A DNA stretch of 43,515 bases from Elusimicrobiota bacterium (GTDB taxonomy: Bacteria > Elusimicrobiota > Elusimicrobia > UBA1565 > UBA9628): assembly GCA_027319565.1 (NCBI GenBank), contig DAHVNA010000001.1:1-43515 (forward strand), in the 5' to 3' direction. A program made the translations under genes and the position numbers. Shown piece by piece: positions 9,562-18,024 of this stretch. The stretch's first letter is position 1; each line of letters begins with the position of its first letter. The notes below the pieces were generated by a model. It did no database searches, was not told where the DNA came from, and worked only from the letters and a program-made list of their open reading frames with translations.

Positions 9562-11196
9562 ATGTCGCTTTTTGGCGTTAATTGGCGGCGAGCCGTCTTG
9601 ATTCTAGTTTTTCTTTCCATGTTCGTCGTGCGCTTGGCGGCGGCTGTCTCTAAGCCAGAGGAGCTCTCGGCTTGCTTAAAATCTTACCGCAATCCAGACT
9701 ATCAAGATGAGTGGGGATTGTCCTATCAAAGTTGGGAATCGGGTTGCCGAAAAGGCGAGCGGCCTAGGGAGATTTTAAATAAGGCGGAAAATAGTTTGAT
9801 CGCGTCTTGCGTGGGCGATGGAGTTCCGGTGGTCAAAGCGGGTTTGATGGATGTTATGGCCGTTAAGCGCTTGTGCTCGCGCGGCGTTTCAGGACGGAAG
9901 GAAATCTTAACGCTTGCCGGAAAAAGTTTGGGGTGGCAAAGGGGTCGCGGCATGAGCGTTCAAGCGAATGCGATCACATCCATAACCGGACGGGTCAATG
10001 GAACACTCAGGAAAGGAGGCCTTAACGCTCTTTATGGAGAGCACGGCCAAGGCGATGGTCTGAGCGTGAGTGTAGGCGCTTCTTCGCATAGGGGTACACC
10101 CCGTGCGGGTTTTAATATCCAAAGTCTTGCTTCCTCCGTTGTCGGCCTAATTCCACCATCGCCTAAAATTGCAAATACGGTTCGCGAGCGATATCTCAAA
10201 ATTCTAATCGGGCATGTGGTCTCCAACGGCGCAAGCCCTGAAGCCGTGAAATATGCGAAGAAGATTCTGGGCGGGATGCTTTTGCATGTTCCCACTGAAA
10301 TTTTAGGACGGCTGGTTAAAAGAAACGATTATTTGTTCATTATCCCTCAAGGGAAAAAACTCACTCAGGTTTGGCCGCTTACAAGACTTGCCGGTAAAAA
10401 GACGTTTGACGGGCGTCTTTGGGACAATGTCAGAGGTATTTCGGGTGTCGCTTTTAAGGACAAAAAGGGCCGAAGCGGAGTGCTGTCAGCGGTAGCCGAG
10501 GAGAATTTGCTTGGATTAGGTGGTTATCGCAAGGGCTTTGTGCTTCTCCACGAGTATGGTCATATAGTGCGCTTGAGCGGCTTGATTCGCGAAAATGATT
10601 GGAAATGGAAGTGGAAGCAAACTCCACATAAGCGGCCTAGCCTTTATAACTCCAAAGGCCTTGAGGCGTCCGTCAGTTTGGGTGAAATGATTTTGAGAGT
10701 TCGTAATCTTCCTTCTAAAATTTTGGCGTCTTTTAAGGCGCCACGGGAATATATGCCCACTCGTGACTACTCAAAAGCCATTTACGACAGTGTGATGAGA
10801 AATAAGGGAACGCTCGGTCTAGGCGCTTATGCCGATTCAAATTCCGATGAAGCCTTTGCTCAGGCTACCGCGGCCTATTTTGGCGTGGGGTATAACGGAG
10901 AGGTCGCGGGAACGTTGCGGCGCAGAGACCCGCAGATGTATCGTCTAATGGAGAGGGTTTATGGCCGGGAAGGGGCGGATGAATTTCGCGAGCGGGGGAG
11001 TCGCGCTATATATGCAAAGACATTGTTAAATCTGGCTAAACACGAGAAAAAAAATTTCAGATGGCAGTACTTCGAGAGAGTTGTTATATTTGCCAGAGCG
11101 ATTGGCAACGATAAATTTATCGCAAAAATGTGCGGTGAGATGGGCGCTGAAAGATGCAAGAAATATTTTGGCGGTTCTACGCCAAAGGGATTTTAA
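9562..11196 (+). CDS. Secreted zinc metallopeptidase, anthrax lethal factor (ATLF)-like domain
   Basis: Signal peptide, Cys-containing N-domain, GRLWDNVRG, AEENLL, HEYGH, YADSNSDEAFAQ, LRRRDPQMY. Confidence 0.7.
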   Translation: MSLFGVNWRRAVLILVFLSMFVVRLAAAVSKPEELSACLKSYRNPDYQDEWGLSYQSWESGCRKGERPREILNKAENSLIASCVGDGVPVVKAGLMDVMAVKRLCSRGVSGRKEILTLAGKSLGWQRGRGMSVQANAITSITGRVNGTLRKGGLNALYGEHGQGDGLSVSVGASSHRGTPRAGFNIQSLASSVVGLIPPSPKIANTVRERYLKILIGHVVSNGASPEAVKYAKKILGGMLLHVPTEILGRLVKRNDYLFIIPQGKKLTQVWPLTRLAGKKTFDGRLWDNVRGISGVAFKDKKGRSGVLSAVAEENLLGLGGYRKGFVLLHEYGHIVRLSGLIRENDWKWKWKQTPHKRPSLYNSKGLEASVSLGEMILRVRNLPSKILASFKAPREYMPTRDYSKAIYDSVMRNKGTLGLGAYADSNSDEAFAQATAAYFGVGYNGEVAGTLRRRDPQMYRLMERVYGREGADEFRERGSRAIYAKTLLNLAKHEKKNFRWQYFERVVIFARAIGNDKFIAKMCGEMGAERCKKYFGGSTPKGF

Positions 11197-11552
11197 TGAA
11201 GGGATATTTCTTGGTTTTACGGATTATTGCACTCGGGTTGTTGTGGACGCTCTACGCTTGCGGCCCGGATTCCGCGCAGAAAGGCCATAAGGGAGTTCGC
11301 GCGGTTCCGACGTGGTCGGTCTATAATAAGATGGGGGAGGAGGTTTTGAGAGTCAAGGATACTCCAGGGCCGCTTATCAGCGCCGCCATTCCGCCTCCTG
11401 ATTCGCCGCCGGTATTAAATCCATTTCTCAGCGCGACGGCTCTTGAACCCACAGAGGAAGACGCCCTTCACGCCATTCTTGAGAAGTCACGAAGCTTCAA
11501 TGAATTTATTCAGAATCTAAAAAAGAGCGGCTATTCCGTAGTCCAAAGATAA
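11196..11552 (+). CDS. Hypothetical lipoprotein
   Basis: TAATG overlap with the upstream stop. MKGYFLVLRIIALGLLWTLYA-C lipobox-like signal. Confidence 0.7.
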   Translation: MKGYFLVLRIIALGLLWTLYACGPDSAQKGHKGVRAVPTWSVYNKMGEEVLRVKDTPGPLISAAIPPPDSPPVLNPFLSATALEPTEEDALHAILEKSRSFNEFIQNLKKSGYSVVQR

Positions 11553-11789
11553 ACTTCTCCATGGACGCAAGAGGAGAGTGGGGATTGGATTTCTATTCCC
11601 CAGGTGGCGACGCTTGTCGCATGTTTATGTTTTAGAGGCTCATGTTTGACTAGATATGCCGCTGAAACCCGCTCAGAATTATTGGAGTCTTGATTCCCAG
11701 GAATATGGGCGTTGGTAAGTTCCATCGGGAATTTAAATTAATGTAACCCGTCGCCGAAGAGTTCGACATCGCAAGTCCCGGAAAAATCT

Positions 11790-12527
11790 TTACGAACCCT
11801 TAGCCGCGGCTCTTCTTCGATCGTTGTCGACTGAGGTTTTATAGGCGGCGATCATCACGATTAAGCGGGAGTCGACGGCGCGGGCGTCCTGAACTCTCAC
11901 CGTCCATTTGTCCACGAAAACATTCAGCCAGGGCCGACGCAGTTCGGCGATGAGGCCGCCGTCTTTCCTTCGCAAGACGACGTCCGTGGATATCCATTCC
12001 GTTTTTCTCGACTTCGCAATTTCGCGGTCATGGGCGTCCAAAATGGAATAAACCGTGTAGACCTTTAAGAGGGATTTAAAGACGTTTTCCTTGATAGAGC
12101 CTATCTTTTGGCCTTGGCAGTTCGCGACATCAATTCGCGTCCCCCAGGAAAAGAATCGGGCGCGGGCCTTGGCCGCGCATCGGCCCGAGGAGTCGTCATA
12201 GAGGAAAGATTTCGTCAGGCTGAAAAACTTTTCCGTCAGGGTTCCCAGCTTTTGATTCCCGGCTTTTAGATCGAAGGTGTCTGTGAGAGAAAAAAATCTC
12301 TCGCGGATCGTGAACTGATTGGGCAAAGGCGGGGCGACATTCGGCGAAGAGGCCGGAAAACCCACGAGGACGGGCTTTGGGACCGGGCTTGCCGCCTCGG
12401 CGGATATCCCGTAGGCTGCGGCGGAATTTTTGAGGGTTTGAAACGCCCCGAGGCCTTTTGACCAAGCGGGGAGCGCCAGAAAAACGGCACAGGCTGACGC
12501 GGCGATTTTTTTTATCGTCGAGTTCAT
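11790..12527 (-). CDS. Secreted LURP-one-related / Tubby-C scramblase-like protein
   Basis: Signal peptide, Pro-rich linker, repeated (R/K)FFSL/W beta-hairpins (IRERFFSLTDTF, EKFFSLTKSF), terminal helix DSRLIVMIAA. Confidence 0.75.
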   Translation of the reverse strand: MNSTIKKIAASACAVFLALPAWSKGLGAFQTLKNSAAAYGISAEAASPVPKPVLVGFPASSPNVAPPLPNQFTIRERFFSLTDTFDLKAGNQKLGTLTEKFFSLTKSFLYDDSSGRCAAKARARFFSWGTRIDVANCQGQKIGSIKENVFKSLLKVYTVYSILDAHDREIAKSRKTEWISTDVVLRRKDGGLIAELRRPWLNVFVDKWTVRVQDARAVDSRLIVMIAAYKTSVDNDRRRAAAKGS

Positions 12528-13504
12528 TTCTTGTAGATCACGAACGGAGCTTCGTCTTCGGCCCAGGCCTCTCCTGAGTTATTGAGACTTCTTAATATTT
12601 TTAAGTATCCGCCGTTGGCGGGGTCCATTAAATCCGGCGACAAGGGTTTTTTGACGGCGATGACGTGGATGGTTCCCATGGCCGTTGATTGCCCTGTGGG
12701 GATTTGGGCCAAAAGTTCAAGGCCGCTCGCCAGTGTTTGGGCGTCCGGGTAGGTCCAGGATTCTCCCGCCGATAATTTTTGGGGGGCGGCGGACAAGTCC
12801 GAAGGGGAAAGAAGTGTCGCCTGCCATTGAGGACCGACGTCGTAAATATAGACGAAGCAGTTTTGAGAGCAAAAAACCCGCGCTTTCATGGAGTCGTTTT
12901 CCACGAAATGAGAGCGCGAAAGGCTTAAGCGCACGCTCAAATCATTTTGCGTTTTGCGCACCGGCGCCACGCAGGCCCGTATTTCGGCTCTATAAAGGCA
13001 AGCGGAGCAGTTGGGCGCGTCCTGATAGCCCTCGGATACGATTTTTTCCTTAAAAATTCGGCCTCTTCGGCTAATGCGCAGGACATTCTCGACCAGACGT
13101 TGATCGGAGGGGCGGACGTCTCCTTTTGATTCGCTGTGCTGAATGCTGAGATATCTCGAGTTGACGTTGACACCGAGAAACTCTTCGACCGCCCCAAGTC
13201 TCGCGCGGCCCAAGGCTTCGCTGCGGACTTGCTCGCGCGTGTTTTCTTCTCCCACGGGGATTAGGGCTGAGCTTTCAACCCAGGTGCAGCCGGAAGAGTC
13301 TCCTTTTAATATCCGCGCGCGGGAGAGGGTCGTAGGATTTCTTCGTGACTTGCGCATCCTTGACAGAGCCGCGTGGGCTAAAGTTTCCGCTTTGGCTCCG
13401 GCATTCGTGAAACTGCCAGCGCTGTCCATATTCTGTCCCCGGATGTTCGCCGCGGGCACAAGACCGATGAGCGCTGCGAGAGCGAAAAATCGCAATTGAT
13501 TCAT
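12524..13504 (-). CDS. Secreted protein, FlgT/LPP20-like N-domain plus DUF4384 domain
   Basis: Signal peptide, REQVRSEALGRARLGAVEEFLGVNV, C-terminal RVFCSQNCFVYIYDV..ATLLSP. Confidence 0.6.
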   Translation of the reverse strand: MNQLRFFALAALIGLVPAANIRGQNMDSAGSFTNAGAKAETLAHAALSRMRKSRRNPTTLSRARILKGDSSGCTWVESSALIPVGEENTREQVRSEALGRARLGAVEEFLGVNVNSRYLSIQHSESKGDVRPSDQRLVENVLRISRRGRIFKEKIVSEGYQDAPNCSACLYRAEIRACVAPVRKTQNDLSVRLSLSRSHFVENDSMKARVFCSQNCFVYIYDVGPQWQATLLSPSDLSAAPQKLSAGESWTYPDAQTLASGLELLAQIPTGQSTAMGTIHVIAVKKPLSPDLMDPANGGYLKILRSLNNSGEAWAEDEAPFVIYKK

Positions 13505-13527
13505 AAATTTAATCCTCCCCCATCTCC

Positions 13528-14211
13528 TTAATCATGGATTTTTTTGAAGAAATAACAGCGGTATCCCCAGTGATGAGATGTGTCTCGCTCTTTCTCAAGG
13601 ATATATCCATTCGCTTTTGAGAAATGGTCTTCGTCCGCAGAGGAATCTTTTAGAACTTCGCCAGATTTGATTTCCTGGGATATCTGACTTTGAATAGATT
13701 CGTCATTAATATTATTTTCCAAGAAGCTATCAACGTTGGGGTAGCTGTCGAGATTGTTGCCTTTGGAGTCTGATAAATTACTGAAAGCAACTATGTTTAC
13801 CCGGAAAATCGCCGGAGTTTCATCGCTAAACAGCGGCCCGTTGTCGGCACTGGATGCGGCGATTGGCCCGCCAACGAGCAACTCGCGTATCGGAATATTA
13901 GGCTTGTCTTTTTCGTAACAACGCCCGATGAACGCTCCCGTCATGTCTTCTCTGGACACGGGAACGCCTTGACTGAAAAGCTTGTCCAGTTTCGCGTAGG
14001 CGGTTTGCGAGTAGTCGAACTTACTCTTTTGAGGCATTGATTTTTTTATTTCCGGCTTGTGCTTTAAGACGAAGTTATGAATATCCGAAGTCGCTTGAGT
14101 GAGGGCTTGGCTTCCACTGCCCCATGTTCGCTCGGAGCTTTGCGCCAAGGCGGAAAAAGACGACAACGCAACCAAAGCCGCCGCTATTAAGGCCAACTTG
14201 AGATTTTCCAT
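13528..14211 (-). CDS. Secreted hypothetical protein
   Basis: GGAGG RBS 7 nt before ATG 14211, signal peptide ending ALA, paired Cys (GRCY / YRCYFF). Confidence 0.7.
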   Translation of the reverse strand: MENLKLALIAAALVALSSFSALAQSSERTWGSGSQALTQATSDIHNFVLKHKPEIKKSMPQKSKFDYSQTAYAKLDKLFSQGVPVSREDMTGAFIGRCYEKDKPNIPIRELLVGGPIAASSADNGPLFSDETPAIFRVNIVAFSNLSDSKGNNLDSYPNVDSFLENNINDESIQSQISQEIKSGEVLKDSSADEDHFSKANGYILEKERDTSHHWGYRCYFFKKIHD

Positions 14212-14260
14212 TTTCATTCCTCCATCCTCTATATTCATCGTTTTCATCGAACGATAACTT

Positions 14261-14403
14261 ATGATACCACGCCCTCAAAAATTCCGCATGGGCCCAAAGG
14301 CCCAGAAGAGTTCCGAAAAAAGGCCTAGGGGGCGGCCGGCAAAAGACCCAGACCCAGTCTAGGCCTTTGGGCCCTGTTGCGGCCCTCTTTTTTGTCCTAC
14401 TAT
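14261..14403. promoter_or_regulatory. Divergent box-associated promoters 2 and 3 with four phased GGCC boxes
   Basis: Minus-strand -10 TGgTATCAT (14261-69). Boxes at 14288-14305, 14311-14328, 14334-14351 and 14359-14376. Plus-strand -10 TACTAT at 14398-14403. Confidence 0.78.
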
Positions 14404-14409
14404 GAGGAT

Positions 14410-15588
14410 ATGATTAAGCTAATCCTTCTTATAAGGCTCTTGAGCTTTAATTTGCATGCCCTCAACCGAGACGAGGCTTCTTCCCAATTTCAGGAACCTG
14501 TTCCAGTCAATATCAATGTTTCTATCCCCGCGCTTGACGTCAATCAAGGCCAAGATTTAAACGCGGCCCTTCAAGAAGACGATACCGCGATTTCCAAAGA
14601 AAAAATTCTCGCCCCCGAAGAGGTTTTCCCGCAAAAAGACTTGCCGCTGGCTTTGTCCGCCCAACCGGCGGAGAATTTGCCTGCGTCTTTGGGAGCTATA
14701 AGCGGAAATGAGGGAAAGCCTCAAGCCCTTCAGAGTGGGCAAGAAGAAGGGCGCGCTCAAATTCATTCAAAAGCCTGGAAGAGGCTCAAGTCTTTTGCGT
14801 CAAAGTTTTTAAAGCGCGGTATTCGCCAAGAGTCTTCATCTTTGTGGGATGGAGATAGCTTTAAAGGGGAACGGGAGGGGCAATCCGGTTCTCTCTTGGC
14901 CCGGGGGCCGCCCACGGTTATCGAGGTTCATAACGCCGGAGAAGTCGCCCAGGCGATTCCTAATAACAACGCGGCGCTGGAGCATTTCCGCGAACAGTTG
15001 ATGGAGGCTTTTTGGAATGGAAAAATTCATTCCATTAAGGTTTATCGCTATCCCGGCGGCAACGGCGGCGAGATTATCACGGTTGACGTCTCTCATTCTC
15101 CAGCCTTGGTCGAAATTTTGCCGGATTTATTGCCCCATGAAAGAAGGCTTTTGGAATCGCTTTTGAAGTCCGGCGCGAGCCAATTGCAGGTCGTTCTCAT
15201 TGAAGGCGGGGTTCGAGAACAATCAACTCCGGATCTGGTTTTAGACGGGAGAATGGCGGAGATGAAATCGGTTCATTCCCTATCGAGCTTTCCTCTCTTT
15301 TTAAATAAAGCCAATTCCCAGATTTATAAACACGCCGAAAGACATGGCCTAGGGTTGGGGACGGTGGTTATCAATTTGACCGATGAGGAGCGCGTGCCCG
15401 TTTTGGAGATTTTAAAAGCCATTCAGTCTTGGCGAGAAATTCCGGAGGGAGATAAGGTGGCCTCGCCGTATCAAGGCAAGCATCCCAACGTAAAACATCC
15501 CTTGGCGGTGGACCGCATCGAGGTTTTCGCCCGCCAGGAACATCGGGTTTTTGTCCGGGGAACGGACGGAAATTTTAGAGTTCTCTAA
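14410..15588 (+). CDS. Secreted protein with C-terminal CdiA-type PD-(D/E)xK nuclease-like domain
   Basis: Signal peptide MIKLILLIRLLSFNLHA, low-complexity linker, TPDLVLDGRMAEMKS..LNKANSQ..VVINL. Confidence 0.6.
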   Translation: MIKLILLIRLLSFNLHALNRDEASSQFQEPVPVNINVSIPALDVNQGQDLNAALQEDDTAISKEKILAPEEVFPQKDLPLALSAQPAENLPASLGAISGNEGKPQALQSGQEEGRAQIHSKAWKRLKSFASKFLKRGIRQESSSLWDGDSFKGEREGQSGSLLARGPPTVIEVHNAGEVAQAIPNNNAALEHFREQLMEAFWNGKIHSIKVYRYPGGNGGEIITVDVSHSPALVEILPDLLPHERRLLESLLKSGASQLQVVLIEGGVREQSTPDLVLDGRMAEMKSVHSLSSFPLFLNKANSQIYKHAERHGLGLGTVVINLTDEERVPVLEILKAIQSWREIPEGDKVASPYQGKHPNVKHPLAVDRIEVFARQEHRVFVRGTDGNFRVL

Positions 15589-15633
15589 CGCCGGATTTTT
15601 GGAAAGCTTTTAAGGTGAATCTCGCCCATGAAT

Positions 15634-15642
15634 TGCTATAAT
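15634..15642 (+). promoter_or_regulatory. Extended -10 promoter, leaderless
   Basis: TGcTATAAT, with ATG 15650 7 nt downstream and no SD. Confidence 0.7.
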
Positions 15643-15649
15643 AAAACTG

Positions 15650-16408
15650 ATGGCCTTAAACGCGGAGCATATTCAGCGCCTTATCGAGCTTCAAGCGCAC
15701 GATCAAGCCATTGACGCTGTCGATAAGTCTTTGCTTGAGATTCCTGCCGCTATCGCGAATTTAAAAGAACAAATCGAGGCCGCCCGCAAAAGGGCTTCCC
15801 AAGCCAAGACCCAGGTGCAGGATTTCGAGAAAAAGAAAAAAGAGCGGGAACTGGAACTGGCTCAAAAAGAAGAGGCGATTCGCAAACACTCCGGCGAACT
15901 CAATACCGTTAAAACCAACGAAGCCTTTAAGGCTCTTCAGTCCGAGATTGACCGCGCAAAATCCGAAGTAGGCGATATTGAGACTAAAATTCTGGAGCTA
16001 ATGGAGCAAATCGACGGCGCCCAACAGGAGTTTAAGAAAGCGACGACGGATTTCGGCGCGGAGGAAAAGGTTCTATTGGCTCAAATCACGGAAAAAGAAT
16101 CCGGCCTTGCGGCAGTTCAGGCCAAGAAAGAAACTCTCTTAGCCGAACGCCAGGCGTTGGCGGCCCCTATTCCTGAAGATATTCATAAAATTTACGATCA
16201 TATCCGCTCCCGGGGCAAACGCGATCCCATTTCCAAGGCAATTAAAAAATCCGATGGCGGCGCCGTCTGCGGCGCTTGTCGGATGAATCTCGCTCCACAG
16301 ATGGTCATCGAAGTGACCAAGCTTAAAAATTTTGTCTTTTGCGAAAGCTGCCAGAGAATTCTTTACATCCCCGAAGTTCTTGAGAAAGCCTTAAAAGTCG
16401 GCGCATAA
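15650..16408 (+). CDS. Coiled-coil protein with C4 zinc ribbon (DUF164 / CT398-like)
   Basis: LQAHD N-terminus, long coiled coil, TNEAFKALQSEI, CGAC..CESCQRILY. Confidence 0.88.
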   Translation: MALNAEHIQRLIELQAHDQAIDAVDKSLLEIPAAIANLKEQIEAARKRASQAKTQVQDFEKKKKERELELAQKEEAIRKHSGELNTVKTNEAFKALQSEIDRAKSEVGDIETKILELMEQIDGAQQEFKKATTDFGAEEKVLLAQITEKESGLAAVQAKKETLLAERQALAAPIPEDIHKIYDHIRSRGKRDPISKAIKKSDGGAVCGACRMNLAPQMVIEVTKLKNFVFCESCQRILYIPEVLEKALKVGA

Positions 16409-16428
16409 TTAAGCTTAAGGAGACCTCT

Positions 16429-17937
16429 ATGCCTATCGCTACTATTGCCCCCGAAGTCCATCCGAATCTTCAGAAGTTTTTGTCCAAGAAAATTCATCCG
16501 ATGCTGATCGGCGGACGCTGGGTTGAGTCTGCATCCGGGAAAACCTTTAAGACCTTTAATCCCGCGACGGGAGAAGTTCTCGGCGTGATTTCGGAGGCGG
16601 GCGCCCAAGACGTGGAGCTCGCTGTTTCGGCCGCTCAAAAAGCCTTAAATGGATCCTGGTCCAAGATAAGCCCTGCCGAGAGAGAGAAAATTTTAAACAA
16701 AATCGCAGATCTCGTCGAATCTCACAGCGAGGAATTGGCCCAGCTTGAAACCTTAAACAACGGGAAAACCATTCGCGAGTCTAAAAATGGGGATTTGCCG
16801 CTGGCGATCGGTCTCTTGCGCTATTTCGCCGGCTGGCCGACCAAAATTCACGGCGAGACGATTCCGGTGTCGGTGCCGTATTATCCCGGAGCGAAATTTC
16901 TCCACTATACCGTTCGCGAGCCCATCGGCGTTGTTGCCGCGATTATCCCTTGGAACTTTCCGCTTTTAATGGCGGTGGAACGTTTGGCTCCGGCCTTGGC
17001 TTGCGGAAACGCCGTTATTTTAAAGCCGGCCGAACAAACGCCGCTTTCGGCCTTGCGTTTAGGCGAGCTTCTTTTAGAGGCGGGTTTGCCTGAAGGCGTC
17101 GTCAATATCATTCCCGGTTTTGGGCCGAGCGCCGGAGCGGCCTTGGCGGCTCATTCGGGAGTGGATAAAGTCACTTTCACGGGTTCAACCGAAGTGGGGC
17201 GAGAAGTGATCAAGGCCTCCGCCGGCAATTTAAAGCGCGTGACTCTTGAGCTTGGCGGAAAATCTCCCAATATCGTTTTTGCCGACGCGGATTTAGAAGC
17301 CGCGGCCAAAGGGATGTTTATGGGAGTTTTTTATAATCAGGGCCAATGCTGTTCCGCGGGATCGCGCATTTTTGTCGAGCGCTCAAAGTTTGATGAACTC
17401 GTTGGAATTCTTTCCGAGCGGGCTAAAACCGTTCGCCAAGGCCCGGGGCTTGATCCCAAAACCCAGATGGGGCCATTGGTCTCAGAAGAACAGCGGCAAA
17501 GGGTTTTGTCTTATATTGATTCCGGCAAAAAAGAGGGCGCCAAACTTTTAGCGGGAGGAGAGGCCGTTTCGGGCGCGGGTTATTTTGTTCGCCCTACGGT
17601 TTTTTCAGAGATCAAAGATACAATGAAAATTGCCCAGGAAGAAATCTTTGGTCCGGTGGCGGCGGTGATGCCGTTTGATTCTGTCGAAGAAGTCCTCAGC
17701 CGCGCCAATGACAGCGCTTACGGGCTTGTCGCGGGCGTTTGGACCAAAGACGTCAAAAAGGCGCATCAGATGGCGCAAAATATTAAAGCGGGGACGGTGT
17801 GGATTAACTGCTATCACTTTGTGGACGCGGCCGCGCCCTGGGGCGGCTTTAAGCAAAGCGGTTACGGACGCGAGAAGAGCCAATACGCCATTGAGTCTTA
17901 CACCCAGCTTAAGAGCGTGTGGGTGGATTTGAATTGA
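16429..17937 (+). CDS. NAD-dependent aldehyde dehydrogenase (possibly phenylacetaldehyde dehydrogenase from context)
   Basis: PWNFP, FTGSTEVG, LELGGKSP, NQGQCCSAG, EEIFGPV. Confidence 0.93.
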   Translation: MPIATIAPEVHPNLQKFLSKKIHPMLIGGRWVESASGKTFKTFNPATGEVLGVISEAGAQDVELAVSAAQKALNGSWSKISPAEREKILNKIADLVESHSEELAQLETLNNGKTIRESKNGDLPLAIGLLRYFAGWPTKIHGETIPVSVPYYPGAKFLHYTVREPIGVVAAIIPWNFPLLMAVERLAPALACGNAVILKPAEQTPLSALRLGELLLEAGLPEGVVNIIPGFGPSAGAALAAHSGVDKVTFTGSTEVGREVIKASAGNLKRVTLELGGKSPNIVFADADLEAAAKGMFMGVFYNQGQCCSAGSRIFVERSKFDELVGILSERAKTVRQGPGLDPKTQMGPLVSEEQRQRVLSYIDSGKKEGAKLLAGGEAVSGAGYFVRPTVFSEIKDTMKIAQEEIFGPVAAVMPFDSVEEVLSRANDSAYGLVAGVWTKDVKKAHQMAQNIKAGTVWINCYHFVDAAAPWGGFKQSGYGREKSQYAIESYTQLKSVWVDLN

Positions 17938-18024
17938 GACATAAAGCGCTATCTTTTGGAACAAAATGACGGTATTGCCCGTATATACTTATAGGAAGCG
18001 TTGGTTGTAGGGAGCGCTGATTTT

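Noticed and set aside
14288..14376. Periodic repeats as a mini-CRISPR array
   Set aside because: The 23-bp period leaves only 5-7 nt between units, the repeats are degenerate and there are no cas genes. It fits operator sites better.
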